This document shows, in pieces, positions 52,034-64,000 of a DNA stretch of 64,000 nucleotides (its first letter is position 1; the number at the start of each line of letters is the position of its first letter). Below the pieces are notes generated by a model that saw only the letters and a list, made by a program, of their open reading frames with translations, was not told the origin of the DNA and made no database searches. The DNA comes from Squalus acanthias. Its lineage: Eukaryota. The stretch spans positions 133,364,001 through 133,428,000 of the forward strand of contig CM059432.1 in NCBI GenBank assembly GCA_030390025.1. The letters are read 5' to 3'. The position numbers and the translations under genes are program-made.

Positions 52034-52648
52034 GGGGCCTATTTTAACTGCAGCCGCATGGAGTAAACAGGGTGGGAGTGACCTGAAAATGGGTCATTTA
52101 CTGCCCCATCAAGCTAATGCCATGGCTGCCCGCCACCTTGGTAGGGGCCTGTAGATGGACGGCCAGAGCGCCCGCCTGAAACAGGCGGGAGGCCACTATT
52201 AATATTCAAAGCAGGATCTTATAAGCTACATGGAGCCACAATTGCAATTTTGAGGTACAAATGGGCTGAGCGTACGTGCCTATTTGTACTAGTGTTGAGC
52301 AGTCCAACAAGTGGTCTTTATTGAGGACAGCCGGAGTCTGCTCAAAAAGCAGACCACAACCATTTTCATCTTTTATCCTAGTGGGGCCAGGAACAGCAGG
52401 AATGTGCCTCTTGGCATCAGAAATGTAATCTGGGCCGTTGCTGCCCCAGGACCCCTACCATCCATGATTGTGACTATGAACGCATCTTACCTTGCTGGCG
52501 GCAGCTGCGGCCCGAGTTTTAGTGCTCAATCTGGCGAGCTGCATTGCTGGTTTGGCATCCTGCAGCACACCTGAGGAATTTAAATGAGGCCGGTGCCTCA
52601 AAATGACAGGGGGACCTCTTCACCACCCAAAAAGTCAAAATCGACCCC
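52034..52648. mobile_element. Harbinger-like MITE
   Basis: Imperfect TIR GGGGCCTATTTTAAC / GTCAAAATCGACCCC. The flanks TGT and AGT sit within AAAACAC...GTTTT. Confidence 0.65.
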
Positions 52649-53354
52649 AGTGTTTTGACATTTTATTCTCTTCTGCTTTCTTAGGAATGGAAGAGCCTGC
52701 CTCCGGTCCCAGATGACGTCTCGAGCAAGCCAGCAACTCTCAACTTCCAGTGTCACTCCCATCACCTCTACCAAGCACTAGCGTACCTGCACACACACCC
52801 TGGATGGTGTGTGTAGGCTGAGGAGGAAGCACAGTTTTGTTTGAGGGCTGGGAACACACCAGACGTGCAATGCGTGAACTCCAAGTGCCAATTATGGTGG
52901 TAATAAGAAGCCTAACTGCCCTGCTGCATGCCTTCAGCACAATAGTTGCACGTAAGCTACGTCACCTGAACGGCAATTTGGCAGTGTGCGACAGATGACT
53001 GGGGGCTGTGTGTTACATTGCATTCCTGGTATTACTGTTCTGTAACCTTCCATGAATTCAGGCATTACATTTAATGTCAATGGTCGTTTCCAGCGTACAG
53101 TGTGCTTTCTTTAAATTAAATTAAATTAATGATCAGCGGAATCGTACTCCAGCCATCCATCCAGGACCAGCATTTTGTTTTTGAGTGGGCTGAGCAGATT
53201 GCAGTTGTGCATTTCCCACCCACTTTCAGCACAACTTACTTCTGCAGGCAGTGTGTGAAGTAATAGCCTCACTGTTGCATCTCTCACTCGACTTGACCCA
53301 GATGCAGGGTAGAGGGAAGATGATTGGCTGAGTTATGAGTTCAGTTTAAGAATA

Positions 53355-53829
53355 AAAGAAAGAAAGACTTGCATTTATATAGCACTTTTCACGACCACCG
53401 AACGTCCCAAAGCGCTTTGCAGCCAATTAAGTACTTTTGAAGTGTAGTCACTGTTGTAATGTGGGAAACGCAGCAGCCAATTTGTACACAGCAAGCTCCC
53501 GCAAACAGCAATGTGATAATGACCAGATAATCTGTTATTTAGTGATGTTGAATGAGGGATAAATATTGGCCAGGACACCGGGGATAAGCCCCCTGCTCTT
53601 CTTCGAAATAGTGCCATAGGATCTTTTACATCCACCTGAGAGCAGACGGGACCTTGGTTTAATGTCTCATCCAAAAGACAACACCTCTGACAGTGCAGCA
53701 TTCCCTCAGTACTGCCCTGGAGTGTCAGCCTAGATTATTGTGCTCAAGTGTCTGGAGGGGGATTTGAACCCACAACCTTCGCTTGATTCAGAGACAAGGA
53801 GTGCTACCAACTAAGCCATAGCTGACACT
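53355..53829 (-). mobile_element. Full-length tRNA-derived Deu-domain SINE
   Basis: Reverse complement of 24636-25110. Confidence 0.9.
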
Positions 53830-54056
53830 GTATACTGCCTCTTGGATATAAGGGTAGATTTTTCCTTCATTTAAAAACAATGATGTTATAATAATGAAAA
53901 CAAATAAGATGGATTGCCTTTTTGGGAGAAAAGTGGGTACTTCCAAGATTGCCTGATTGAAGTTAGTTAACTCATGACAGACTGGAGATCTAACCTGAAA
54001 CCTCCATTGTCCAAATGGCTCAGCTACTTCTTGGCTAAAGTCAAGGAGGTATCGCC

Positions 54057-55382
54057 GGGGACTTCAACACCAGGCAGATCGTGACGTCAGTGAACGCTCA
54101 CTGGGTGCCCGATCTGGAAAATTCATTGTCGCCACTTACCTTAACATCTCAACCAGACAGTGACAGGGAGAGCTGGCGTGCACCTGCAGGAAGGCGACTC
54201 CAGCGACGTTATATAAAGGTATCAGCATTAATCACTCGCAGCTGTCAGGGCAGGTTAGTTTCAGCGGTTTCTTGTCAGTTTCACCCAGTGGAACAGTTTG
54301 TATGAGTAATTACAAGCTTCTTTTGTATCAGCAGTATTCTGGTAAGTGCAAAGTAGCTGCATTTATTCCTCAAAGATTCAAACTGCTACACTTGGCAACA
54401 TTAATGGGAGCTGTACTGGCATGCCACCTTGCCCTCCAGGATCTATGGTGGAGGGAGTGTAGGCAGCGAGAAATACGGGAACATGTGTGCAGAGGGATGA
54501 GGAGGGACATCAGGGCTATCACCAGGAGGCCTTACCCTCCGAGAGTATTCCTACAGCACTTCTCCTATCTCCAATGAAGCGAGGAGCAGTGTATTAGACG
54601 GCTCCACATCACCAAGGAGGTGGTCACAGAACTCTGCCACCTCCTCCAAACAGACCTTCAGCCTTACACCTGGATGACTTAAACCCCAGGTCCCTTTTGA
54701 TCACCACATCCCCATCATACCATCCCTGTGTCGTGCCATATCACAGCATCCTCTTGGATGCAAAGGTGAAATGAGAGAGACCACAAAATATTGCAAACTC
54801 CATTAATAAGTTTATATAAGCATATCACACATATCGCATTCATTCTAATAACAAATTACCCTTGTCTCTGCCATAGTTGAATAGCTGTCATTGTGTGCTA
54901 GGCGTGAGATGTGGGTGTGAGTGTTGGTAGGTAGAGATTGTTGGTGGGTGAGCGCTGGGGGTGTGGTGCTTTGGGCAGTATGTGAAGCTTATGGTACAGA
55001 TGGTGATATGTAACATTTGTTGAAGCATTCAATCACCCTGACCACCCGACTGAGGAGGATCTGCCATGAGCACATCTGCTTCAGTCCTCCAGATCCTTCT
55101 CCTTGTTGTGCTTCTCTTTGCTGAGGCAGCTGCACAGCCAGCAATGCTGAGAATGAGGTGCTGCAGCATCAATGAACCTCCCCTTTAAGTACTGGGAAAA
55201 GTCTGTGGCAATGATGAGTTGAGATTAGACTGTACCCGATATTGGTCCACCCTTTCAGTGTAACTCCACTGAGCTAGGCCTTTAAGACTTTTGCGTGCAG
55301 TCTAAAGCTTTAGCGCCTGGTGCTAATTCTCAAACTTTTCTAAAGATACCGCCCATTCCTGGGCTATAATGAATTTCAGCCC
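54057..55382 (+). mobile_element. Internally deleted Harbinger with transposase N-terminal remnant (~54403-54665); left end approximate
   Basis: MGAVLACHLALQ...RRPYPPRVFLQHFSYLQ*SEEQCIRRLHITKEVVTELCHLLQ matches the transposase starting at 63466. Terminus GAATTTCAGCCC. Confidence 0.7.
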
Positions 55383-55993
55383 TAAGGCTTTTAGATTTTT
55401 TTTCCCCATATTAAACAATATTTAGAAATCGAGTCAATAGTATTATTTCAATCACTTATACAGCATTCACAAGCTTCATAAATGGAGAATTGAAGCTTTA
55501 ATTAATGTTGTGGAATTAACACGGTTATAGATCCTATCCATCACCGAAGGAAACTTCGGAAATAAGTTAAACAAGTTCAAATTGGCTGGAAGGCCTCATT
55601 CTGTTGCTCTCATCTGGGTTATTTATGAATATTGTGTAAAGCAGACCTCTGGTGCAATAAAAGAACCCAAAAGCACCAGCCACTTGTCTCCGGCTCTAAC
55701 GTACTCTATTTATAATTAACCACCAGTTTCCATTGTCATGACCATTTTAGATCTGCTTCAGTGGGTTTCCCCCAATTCCATAACTGATCACTTGTGCCAC
55801 CTAATCTCTTGTGAGGTAATTGATGTAATATTTATATTCCTCTATTGTTTGTTATTCCCGCTTTCTGTTTCCCCCACAGTCTTGTGTCATTCCCTGGCAT
55901 TCCCCAAATGCGGAGATGCCGGTGTTGGACTGGGGTGGACAAAATTGAGAGGTCGCACAACACCAGGTTATAGTCCAACAGTTTTATTTGAAA

Positions 55994-56035
55994 TCACAAG
56001 CTTTCGGAGCTATCGATTGCTCCTTCCTCAGGTGA
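55994..56035 (-). ncRNA. Minimal hammerhead ribozyme motif (left arm)
   Basis: Exact reverse complement of 56856-56897. Confidence 0.7.
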
Positions 56036-56855
56036 AGTAAATTAGATACAGAATCGCCAAAGCATAGATAGAGAACAAAGCATGTGTACCTTACAATTGC
56101 AGACCACTAAATTAAATCATCCTGACTATCTGCCGAGGTGTGATAAAGTTAATCAAGTCAGCCAGGAAGGTACCACATCAAAGACATAGTAAGATACAAC
56201 TGAGACAATGAGGTGTAGTCGCAGGGGTTCTAACGTGTCAAAAGCTGCCGTCTGTATGTAAAACGAAAAGCTTTAAAAATTTTACTTTTTTACTGGGAAA
56301 ATTTTTACTTTTTTTACTGGGAATCACATCTGTGAACAAGCCAACGACGACTCGAGTCCGGATCACGTCATGTATCGTGACATAAACCCAAGATCCCGGT
56401 TGAGACCGTCTTCATGAGTGTGGAACTTGGCTATCAGTTTCTGCTCGATGATTTTACGCAAAATCATCGAGCAGAAACTGATAGCCAAGTTCCGCACTCA
56501 TGAAGACGGTCTCAACCGGGATCTTGGGTTTATGTCACGATACATGACGTGATCCGGACTCGAGTCGTCGTTGGCTTGTTCACAGATGTGATTCCCAGTA
56601 AAAAAGTAAAAATTTTAAAGCTTTTCGTTTTACATACAGACGGCAGCTTTTGACACATTAGAACCCCTGCAACTACACCTCATTGTCTCAGTTGTATCTT
56701 GCTATGTCTTTGATGTGGTACCTTCCTGGCTGACTTGATTAACTTTATCACACCTCGGCAGATAGTCAGGATGATTTAATTTAGTGGTCTGCAATTGTAA
56801 GGTACACATGCTTTGTTCTCTATCTATGCTTTGGCGATTCTGTATCTAATTTACT

Positions 56856-56897
56856 TCACCTGAGGAAGGAGCAATCGATAGCTCCGAAAGCTTGTGA
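56856..56897 (+). ncRNA. Minimal hammerhead ribozyme motif (right arm)
   Basis: TCAC-CTGAGGA-AGGAGC(AATCGATA)GCTCC-GAAAGCT-T-GTGA: stem I TCAC/GTGA, stem II GGAGC/GCTCC, palindromic stem III AGCT. Confidence 0.7.
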
Positions 56898-57099
56898 TTT
56901 CAAATAAAACTGTTGGACTATAACCTGGTGTTGTGCGACCTCTCAATTTTCCCCAAATGGACAGATGAACTGCTCCCTGACCTCTGTCAATGCTGCTGTG
57001 TCATTGCTTGCTGTAAGGTGCAGGTGATAGTCTGGGTTGAGAGAGAGATGGATGTAGAGCTCAAGTTACAATTCCAATGGCAGAAGGAAAAGCAACATC

Positions 57100-57210
57100 T
57101 GGAGGGTCTGCAATGGCCAAAAACCCCAAGGTTTTCAAAAGCTATGGAGGAGGTCACATTGACAGAGATAAGGGCAAGAAGAAACAGGCTTTTTGGCACC
57201 CAGGGTGGAA
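57100..57210 (+). pseudogene. Degenerate Myb/SANT N-terminal remnant (Harbinger-type)
   Basis: KTPRFSKAMEEVTLTEIRARRNRLFG resembles APRF...L..LV..V..RR..LF. Confidence 0.45.
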
Positions 57211-58260
57211 TTGATCAATCTCCTGCCGCAGAACCCGGCAGAAATTCCAGGCAATTGAATCGTAAATAAAAAAATATAAGATACTCCTTTGGCACAACTG
57301 GGGGATATTTAATTTTCATCCCTGTTGAGTCGGCAGCCACATGCCAAGGAGTAACCTCAATCCTTCCCGTGTGTACTACTACATAACTGTGCACAATTCC
57401 CACCATGCCTGTTTCTATGGATTTGTGAATGCTGTGAATACATATGCCCGGACTCTTCCAAATATGTAAAGTGTATGTACATGTGAGTTCCATGTGATCC
57501 ATGTGTCGCGGATATTTCCCTTTGTTCAGTGGCACTGCACATTCCAGTAAGAGCCATCCCTTGATGAGTTGATTTGTTTCTCATGGATGTTACTTTACAG
57601 AAGTCCATCAAGCACAAAAACCTATGGAAGACATAAATGTGTATGCCAGTGGCACTTAATTCAGGGCCTGGGATTTTATCATGAAGTAGGACTCCTCGGA
57701 AAACAATCCAGTTATTCGCACGCATCAGCATGATTGACTTCTGTTCTCTATTTTCCTTCCTTACTGGTTTTCGTTTCCTTGATTGCTTCTCTGCTTCCTC
57801 TTCATTCTCTCTTGCACTACTGTTTTCTCCTCTCTTCTTACTCTTTACCATCTGCAATTTTCTCAGTATCTCTCTTCATCTGCTGTTTTTCTCCCTCCCT
57901 TCCTTTACTGTCTCTCTTCCTTTACTGTCGCTTTTCCCTCTTTACTGTCGTCCCCCTTCCTTGACTGTCTCTCTCCCTCTCCTTTCTTTCTTCCTTGGCC
58001 ACAATATATCTGACTCTTTTATAATTTTGTCTCTACAGCTCCATGCTCTGTGCACTTCTGCCACTCTGCAATCAATGCCAAGTCGCCTGTGCTGTCAACA
58101 TCATTTTATTAAGCCTGGGCTCTTTACATACTCCACTGTATACAGCACAATTTGAGAATCACTGGTACTATTTTCTTGCTGTCTTTCCTGTGATGTGGCC
58201 ATCTTGAGGGTACCAGTCAGGGACTAATACTGTTATGAGACTTTCAGTACTGTGTAAATT

Positions 58261-59887
58261 GGCATCAGTGATGTAACTGAGGTATTTTAAGTACTATGCA
58301 TTTAAGGGAATGTTTGTAATCGCGCAATGCCATTTAAGCTGATCAACTGACTCGGTAACATGGTACAATTGACAGCAAAATGGGTAATCCAGGTACAGGG
58401 AGCATTTTGTCTGAAAGGGATCCACCTACACCTGCCAGATTTTGTGATGTGAAAGAGGATTTGACTCCCACTGCTCTCCTACAAGCGAACTCTTTTCAAC
58501 ACGTCGTGTGCATTCTCTCATTTCGATTGACTCTGATGGGGAGACTGGCACCGTAGCCCGGCTTCAAATCTAAGAACAATCTGTCCCTGTTTACTCTGCT
58601 GCATGGAACTGAGAATGGATTGGTGGTGCAAATAAATTCCCCCGAACAAATTTTGGGAATTGCTTCCCATGTCTTCTTTCATGCCAGGAATCCTGCACAT
58701 GTGGGAACTTCCATAAAAGGTGGAAGGCACAATCGCCTATAAATCTGAAAAAGAAACAATCATGTTCCCTTTCTTGAAATAGACAGTTTAATAGGTAGGA
58801 GTAAAGGTCACCGGCCTGAAACGTTGACTCTGTTTCTCTCTCCGCTGACCTGCTGCGTCTTTCTCAGCATTTTCTGTTCTTATTTATGGTCAATATGCAG
58901 AGTGGAATTAAGGAAGAAAACCTCGATTGGTTTCTCACTATGGGGGTCTATAACGTGGTCCGCGATCAGCGCGGTTCAGGTGCTCTGCTCACCTGCACAC
59001 AGGTGAGTTGACTGTATCCCTTAATTGCCAGGTGAGCTTGTTTAAATATTTTTTCTGGCACATAGAGTATGATGTACTGGGGCAGCCAGTGAAGGCTGGG
59101 CTGGAATTCTGGGCGCCTGCAAGCCACTGTGAGGGTCTGAATATCGCCACTATTTCTGGAAGGGGGTTTGGAAATCGTTCCCCAAAATTCTATTGATGAG
59201 AAGAATTAAGACATTAACATATTTTCAGCATTGATATTAGTTTAAGGGAGAAATAGGACAGATAGGTACAGTGAGTAGTTCTGCTTTAATGAAATCGACC
59301 TGCCGTGGATGACTTTTGGGCCTGCTACAAAACTGAAGTTGAAAGATTTATTTACTGCAAAGTTGTGCTCTTTCCACTGTTCACTGTACTAATGTAAGAG
59401 TGTGAGATCAGAGCTATTAATTTGGAAAATAAGCCTTTTACCTGGTTGACTTATTTTGCTTTGATCAGTCATTTGTAAAGCTGTTCCTATTTTTGTTGTC
59501 CTTGTCACCAATGATGTTATGGGACTTCTGTATTACAAACATTGGCATCAGTGTAACAACTGATTTTTCTTTAAGTGCTATGCATTCAAGGGAATGTTTG
59601 TAATCGCGCAATGCCATTTAAGCTGGCCAATTGGCTCTGTAACACGGTAAAATTGACAGCAACATGGGTAATCATTGTATCCAGGTACAGGGAGCCTATT
59701 GTCTGAAAGGGATCCACCTACACCCGCCAGATTTTGTGACATGAAAGAGGATTTGACTCCCACTGCTCTCCTACAAGCGACTCTTTTCAACATGTCGTGC
59801 TCAATCTCGCATTTCGATTGACTCTGATGGGGAGACTGGCACCATAGCCCCGCTTCAAATCTAAGAACAATCTGTCCCTGTTTACTC
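58261..59887 (+). repeat. Pair of ~340-bp direct repeats (58261-58598 and 59544-59887)
   Basis: Both run GGCATCAGTG...AAGGGAATGTTTGTAATCGCGCAATGCCATTTAAGCTG...AATCTAAGAACAATCTGTCCCTGTTTACTC with scattered differences. Confidence 0.9.
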
Positions 59888-60216
59888 CACAGCTCTCTTT
59901 GAAAACTTGGGGGTGAAATTGGGTATCGCACCGTTTGGGGCGCTAACTTTAGAAATTTTGAAAATTTAGTGCCAGGCGCTTAAAATTCTGAACTTCTGCT
60001 AAATTGGGTGTTAGCGCCCCAGGAAGGAAGTGGGGCACTAAATCAAGCGCTAATGACCTCAGTGGGGCGCTACCAGAATTTCAGGTGCAATACATTCAGC
60101 AATGATCCTTCACACTGGTTCCTTCCAGCTCTTAAAGGGGAGGTTGCATCATTGTGCAGATGCTCATTTTCAGCATTGCTGGCTTTGAGGCGACCTGCGA
60201 GCAACTGAATCCCCTG

Positions 60217-62118
60217 ATGGCTATGGCTGTTCCCACTCCCAGGGAGAGAGCTCGTCAGTTCACAGACGTGGCATTGGAGGCATTGGTGGCTGGAGTGGAG
60301 CAAAGGAGGGCAGTGCTGTTCCCAGCCACTGGAAGAAGGCCATCACCTCAGGTGTTCTGGGCAACGTGGAGGGAAGTGGCCCAGGAGGTCTCGGCCAGTA
60401 GTTTGGTGGAACGCAGCCTGACACAGTGCCGCAAGAAATTCCACAACCTCAGTCAGGTGGTCAAGGTGAGTACATGCTTCAACAGCTCCTACATACCAGC
60501 ATCTGAACCTCAGTCTGTGCACACTACGCAAACAACCACACCCCCACCACTCACCCAACAAGCATCTTCACCTACTCAAACTCACATCCATATCTCACGC
60601 CTTGCCTACAATCACAGCTATTCACCTACAGCAGGCATATCTCTCAAACACATAGCTGGACTCTGTCTCAAACACATTTGTTTCTCTTGCAGGCCAAGGT
60701 GGCCCACAATAGGACGGAGCAGCAGAGAGCAGGCGGGGGTGATACGCAGCTCCAGCAGCTCTCAGACCTTGAGGAGCGAGTGCTGCGACTCATTGGGCAG
60801 CAGGTGGTGGGCGCCATGGCCGTCGGCGATGTCGATCCTGTTGGGGGCAAAAACGGTATCTTCAGCCCCTCTCCTCTCATCCCACTTCCCCCTCGCACCA
60901 CAAGCCTTTCCCACTTTCCAGCTCCTGATACAGTCTGCATTCCTTGCTCCATTCCTGTCCCCCTTCCCTCACCTTAACGCTAGTCTTGTGCCTTTATCCT
61001 TTCAGATAATCAGCAACCAGATGACCAGCCTGTCCCTGAGCCCCCCACTGAGAGTGAGGAAGAAGAAGAGGAGGAGGAGCAAAGCACCACGTCACTGCAT
61101 CATCACCCTTAGGCACCACCTCAGATACTGGCACTACGCGATCTTTAGAGGCAAGTTTAGTAGAGGGGTCTGCACTGGGTGATGCACCGGGGACGAGCGG
61201 CTGCAGCAAGGCCAGGGGGAAAGGGTAGCTTGGGAGGCAGCTCCCCGGAGGGCGAGTTCGCGCGAGTTCTGCTGCACAGGACTCAGATGAGGACCTCGAT
61301 GGGGAGGCGTTCACAAGAAGGGTGATGGCCATGCACACAGAGATGATAGGTGCAATGGCAAGGGTGGCTGAGAGCCTCTCGGCAATGGTAAGGATCGTGG
61401 AGGAGTCCGCCTCCAACATTGCACAGAGCTCTGCGCACACCATGTAGCCCATCATTTCCACTCTGCAGAGGATGGTGGACTCCCAGAGAGACCTTGCGGA
61501 TCCAGACCTCATGACGCGTGTCATGGGCGATGTGGCAGCTCCATTGCAGCACAGGCGGAAGCAACGCAACATCTTAGTGCTGTGTTGCAGTCAATGGTTG
61601 CTGCCATCGAGTTTCAGACTGCTCTCATGCAGTCTCAGCTTGATGCCACACAAGCTCTGACTGCTGCCATCGTCACTGGGTCCACCACAGTCCACCGGGG
61701 ATCTCACGGTGTCGCAGTAGGCCAGCAATCTGTGCTCCAGCAGATTGGTGGTGATGCTGAGGTGCTGCCCCGGGGGAGTGAGAGTCGGTCAGTGGAGCAG
61801 GAACCTGCTGTCCTCTCTCAGGATGTAAGCATTCCTGATCCAACCACTGCCACTCCGCCATTACACTTGTCGCTGCCTGTCATCCAGCCAGCCCAGACTG
61901 CCGCCGCCCAGCCTGAGGTGGCGCAGTCTACAGCTGGGCATTCCAGGCCCAGAGCTGGTCCAGGGCGTCCTGCAAGACCATCTGTAGCCTCTGTCACCGA
62001 CACTCAGCAGCCTTCCACCAGCCCTGCTGCAGCCACTGGGGAGACATTACGTAGGAGCACTAGATTAGGAAAGGGGACTGTAAAGAGGGGAGGCAAGGGT
62101 TTGCACAAGGGTGATTAG
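60217..62118 (+). pseudogene. Harbinger Myb/SANT-like gene, 3 exons (60217-60465, 60693-60855, 61006-62118), exon 3 disrupted
   Basis: RARQFTDVALEALV...WREVAQEV...RSLTQCRKKFHNL. Exon 2 is 163 nt, as in the 7.8-kb copy. Exon 3 has stops and frameshifts. Confidence 0.85.
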
Positions 62119-62345
62119 TCAATATTGTTATTGTATAAATGTGGTTAATGGTTTTTGATAAATGTATTACTGGAATGTTGCAGATTTGGTGCTGTGTCTC
62201 ATTTCAGTTCTGGGGTGTGGTATGGAATCACAAAGTGATGGAATGATGGCGACATGCTCAGCAACCGGAAAGAGGAATCGAAGTTATGGGAACGAAGTCT
62301 GATGAGGTGGTCATGGACCGACCTTGCAGAACTCCAATTGAGTGG

Positions 62346-63466
62346 CTACCTCCTCCATCCCTGCTGTTCGTCCTCCTCCTCCTGCTCCTCCTGCTCCTCT
62401 TCTTCCTCCTCCTCATCCTCGTCCTCCTCTTCCTCCTCCTGAGGTGGTGCAGCTATGCCTGGTGGCAATGGCTGTGTCCTCATGATGGCCAAGTTGTGCA
62501 GCATGCAGCAGACGATGACGAAAAGTGACACGCGCTCAGCCGAGTACTGGAGGGCTCCTCTCGAGTGGTCAAGGCAGCGGAACCGTTGCTTGAGCACTCC
62601 GATGGTCTGCTCAATGATGTTCCTGGTGGAAGCATGGCTCTCATTATCTGAGTGCTGGCCAGGAGTGTTGGGGTTGGAGTCATGAGCCAGGTGGAGAGCG
62701 GACAGCCCTTGTCTCCCAGCAGCCAGCCGCAAGCTTGATGTGGTGGCTGGAATAGAGCTGGCACACCGGTCTGGCACAGCATGCAGGCATCGTGGCTGCT
62801 GCCAGGATAGCGGGCATTGACGGTCAGGATTCTCCCTGTGTGGTCTCACACCAACTGCACATTAAGTGAGTGGTAGTCTTTGCGGTTACGGAATACCTCA
62901 GGATTGTTATGAGGTGCCCGCAAAGCGACGTTGGTGCAGTCAATGGCACCCTGCACCATGGGGAAGCCCGCTATCCTGGCAAAGCCACATGCATGCTTGC
63001 TCTGCTTCTCTCTGGTCATGGGGAAGGAAATGTAGTCCCTTCTCCTTCTGCACAGAGCATCTGTGACCTGGCGGATGGAGCAATGGACGGCAAACTGGGA
63101 GATGTTGGAGATGTCGCCTGTCGCACACTGGAATGATCCACTAGCATAGAAATTGAGGGCGGCGGTGACCTTGACTGCCACTGAGAGAGCCTTGGTGGTC
63201 CTGATCTGAGGCTCGAGGTCTGGCTGCTGGAGGTGGCAGAGCTCTGTGACCACATCCATGCTGAAGCGGAGCCTTCTAACACACTGGTCCTCAGTGAAAT
63301 TCATGTAGGAGAACTGCTGCCGGGATACCCTGGGTGGGTAAGGCCTCCTGTTGAGAGCCCTGTTGGCCCTCCTACCTCTGGCCACATTTTGCACTCTTTC
63401 TCTGTGCCTCAGTTGCCTCCGACGTTGATGCTGGAGGGCGAGGTCCAGTGCCAGTACAGCCCCCAT
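62346..63466 (-). pseudogene. Harbinger DDE transposase with in-frame TGA (62846) and frameshift (~62660)
   Basis: GAIDCTNV, NRKDYHSLNVQLV*, PGSSHDA, LLGDKG and RNIIEQTIGVLKQRFRCL. Confidence 0.9.
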
Positions 63467-63963
63467 GAAAGGATACAAATATTGCACTTTCAAATCTCCC
63501 CTCAATGAAACTGAAGAATCTTTATGTGCCAGAACACTCATTAAAAAGCATAACGCTCAAATTGGTCAAAAGGCCTCTTTGCCTATGTGAAACTAACAAC
63601 GCAGCATTGTTGGCCGACAAAAACTAAACCGGATGTGGACGCCTTTAAATAGCGCTCCTCCAGCAGGCATCTGACTGAAAGCCGCCTCCTCTACCTGTCG
63701 TTGTTAATGGCAGGCGCACAAGCAGGGGGTGAGGGGGAATTTTTCATCCGGGGTGCTACCGGGGCACAGCGCACGGCAATGACGTCACGATCTCCAGGCG
63801 CAGGAGATCGGGGTGCAACATCTTACCGCCGCCACAAAAATCCCGCCGAAATTAGCGGAAGGCGTTGATATCGCCGTGCCCGGTCGCAAACCCATTTGCG
63901 CCCCATTAGCGCCCCTCGGAGGTTCTAACGGGAGGCGCAAAGGAGCCCAATTTCTAGCCCCTT

Positions 63964-64000
63964 GTGTCAGCTGTGGCTCAGTTAGTAGCACTCTTGCCAA
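63964..64000 (+). mobile_element. 5' head of a tRNA-derived SINE (runs off the window)
   Basis: GTGTCAGCTGTGGCTCAGTTAGTAGCACTCTTGCC matches the start of the 24636 SINE. Confidence 0.8.

Larger units (their letters stand above)
55910..56948 (-). mobile_element. Penelope-like element inserted as a ~1-kb palindrome (GIY-YIG C-terminus + 3'UTR/pLTR on both arms)
   Basis: Arms ~55941-56455 and 56460-56950. RKIIEQKLIAKFRTHEDGLNRDLGFMSRYMT* at 56457-56552. TSD TTCCCCAAAT at 55900-55909 and 56949-56958. Confidence 0.92.
59909..63960. mobile_element. Full-length PIF/Harbinger transposon (Myb + transposase, convergent)
   Basis: TIRs GGGGGTGAAATTGGG / CCCAATTTCTAGCCC and TSD CTT (59906-59908, 63961-63963). 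Colinear with 7443-11597. Confidence 0.93.

Noticed and set aside
57357..58155. Lys/Arg/Glu-rich and Leu/Ser/Phe-rich ORFs on opposite strands
   Set aside because: These come from a CT-rich low-complexity tract.

Overview
Eukaryotic, repeat-rich vertebrate genomic DNA, very probably from a cartilaginous fish: it carries shark-type tRNA/Deu-domain SINEs, CR1 and L2 LINE fragments and Penelope-like elements (PLEs). I found no convincing host protein-coding gene. PIF/Harbinger DNA transposons dominate the window. Two are full-length two-gene copies (7443-11597 and 59909-63960), each with a convergent 3-exon Myb/SANT-like gene and a DDE transposase, both lightly disabled. Two are 'Myb-only' copies (39365-42596 and 44075-47248) that keep only an N-terminal stub of the transposase; the first has perfect TIRs and an intact spliced 495-aa Myb ORF. 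There is also one old, heavily nested copy (about 35.0-43.4 kb) and several MITEs and remnants. PLE insertions occur as fold-back hairpins carrying minimal hammerhead ribozyme motifs, including a ~1-kb near-perfect palindrome (55941-56950). Other elements are a 1.6-kb solo-LTR-like insertion with a 4-bp TSD inside an L2, a locally templated inverted insertion inside a SINE, an LF-SINE-like relic and a ~340-bp local duplication. All calls come from reading the sequence by eye; no database searches were run.
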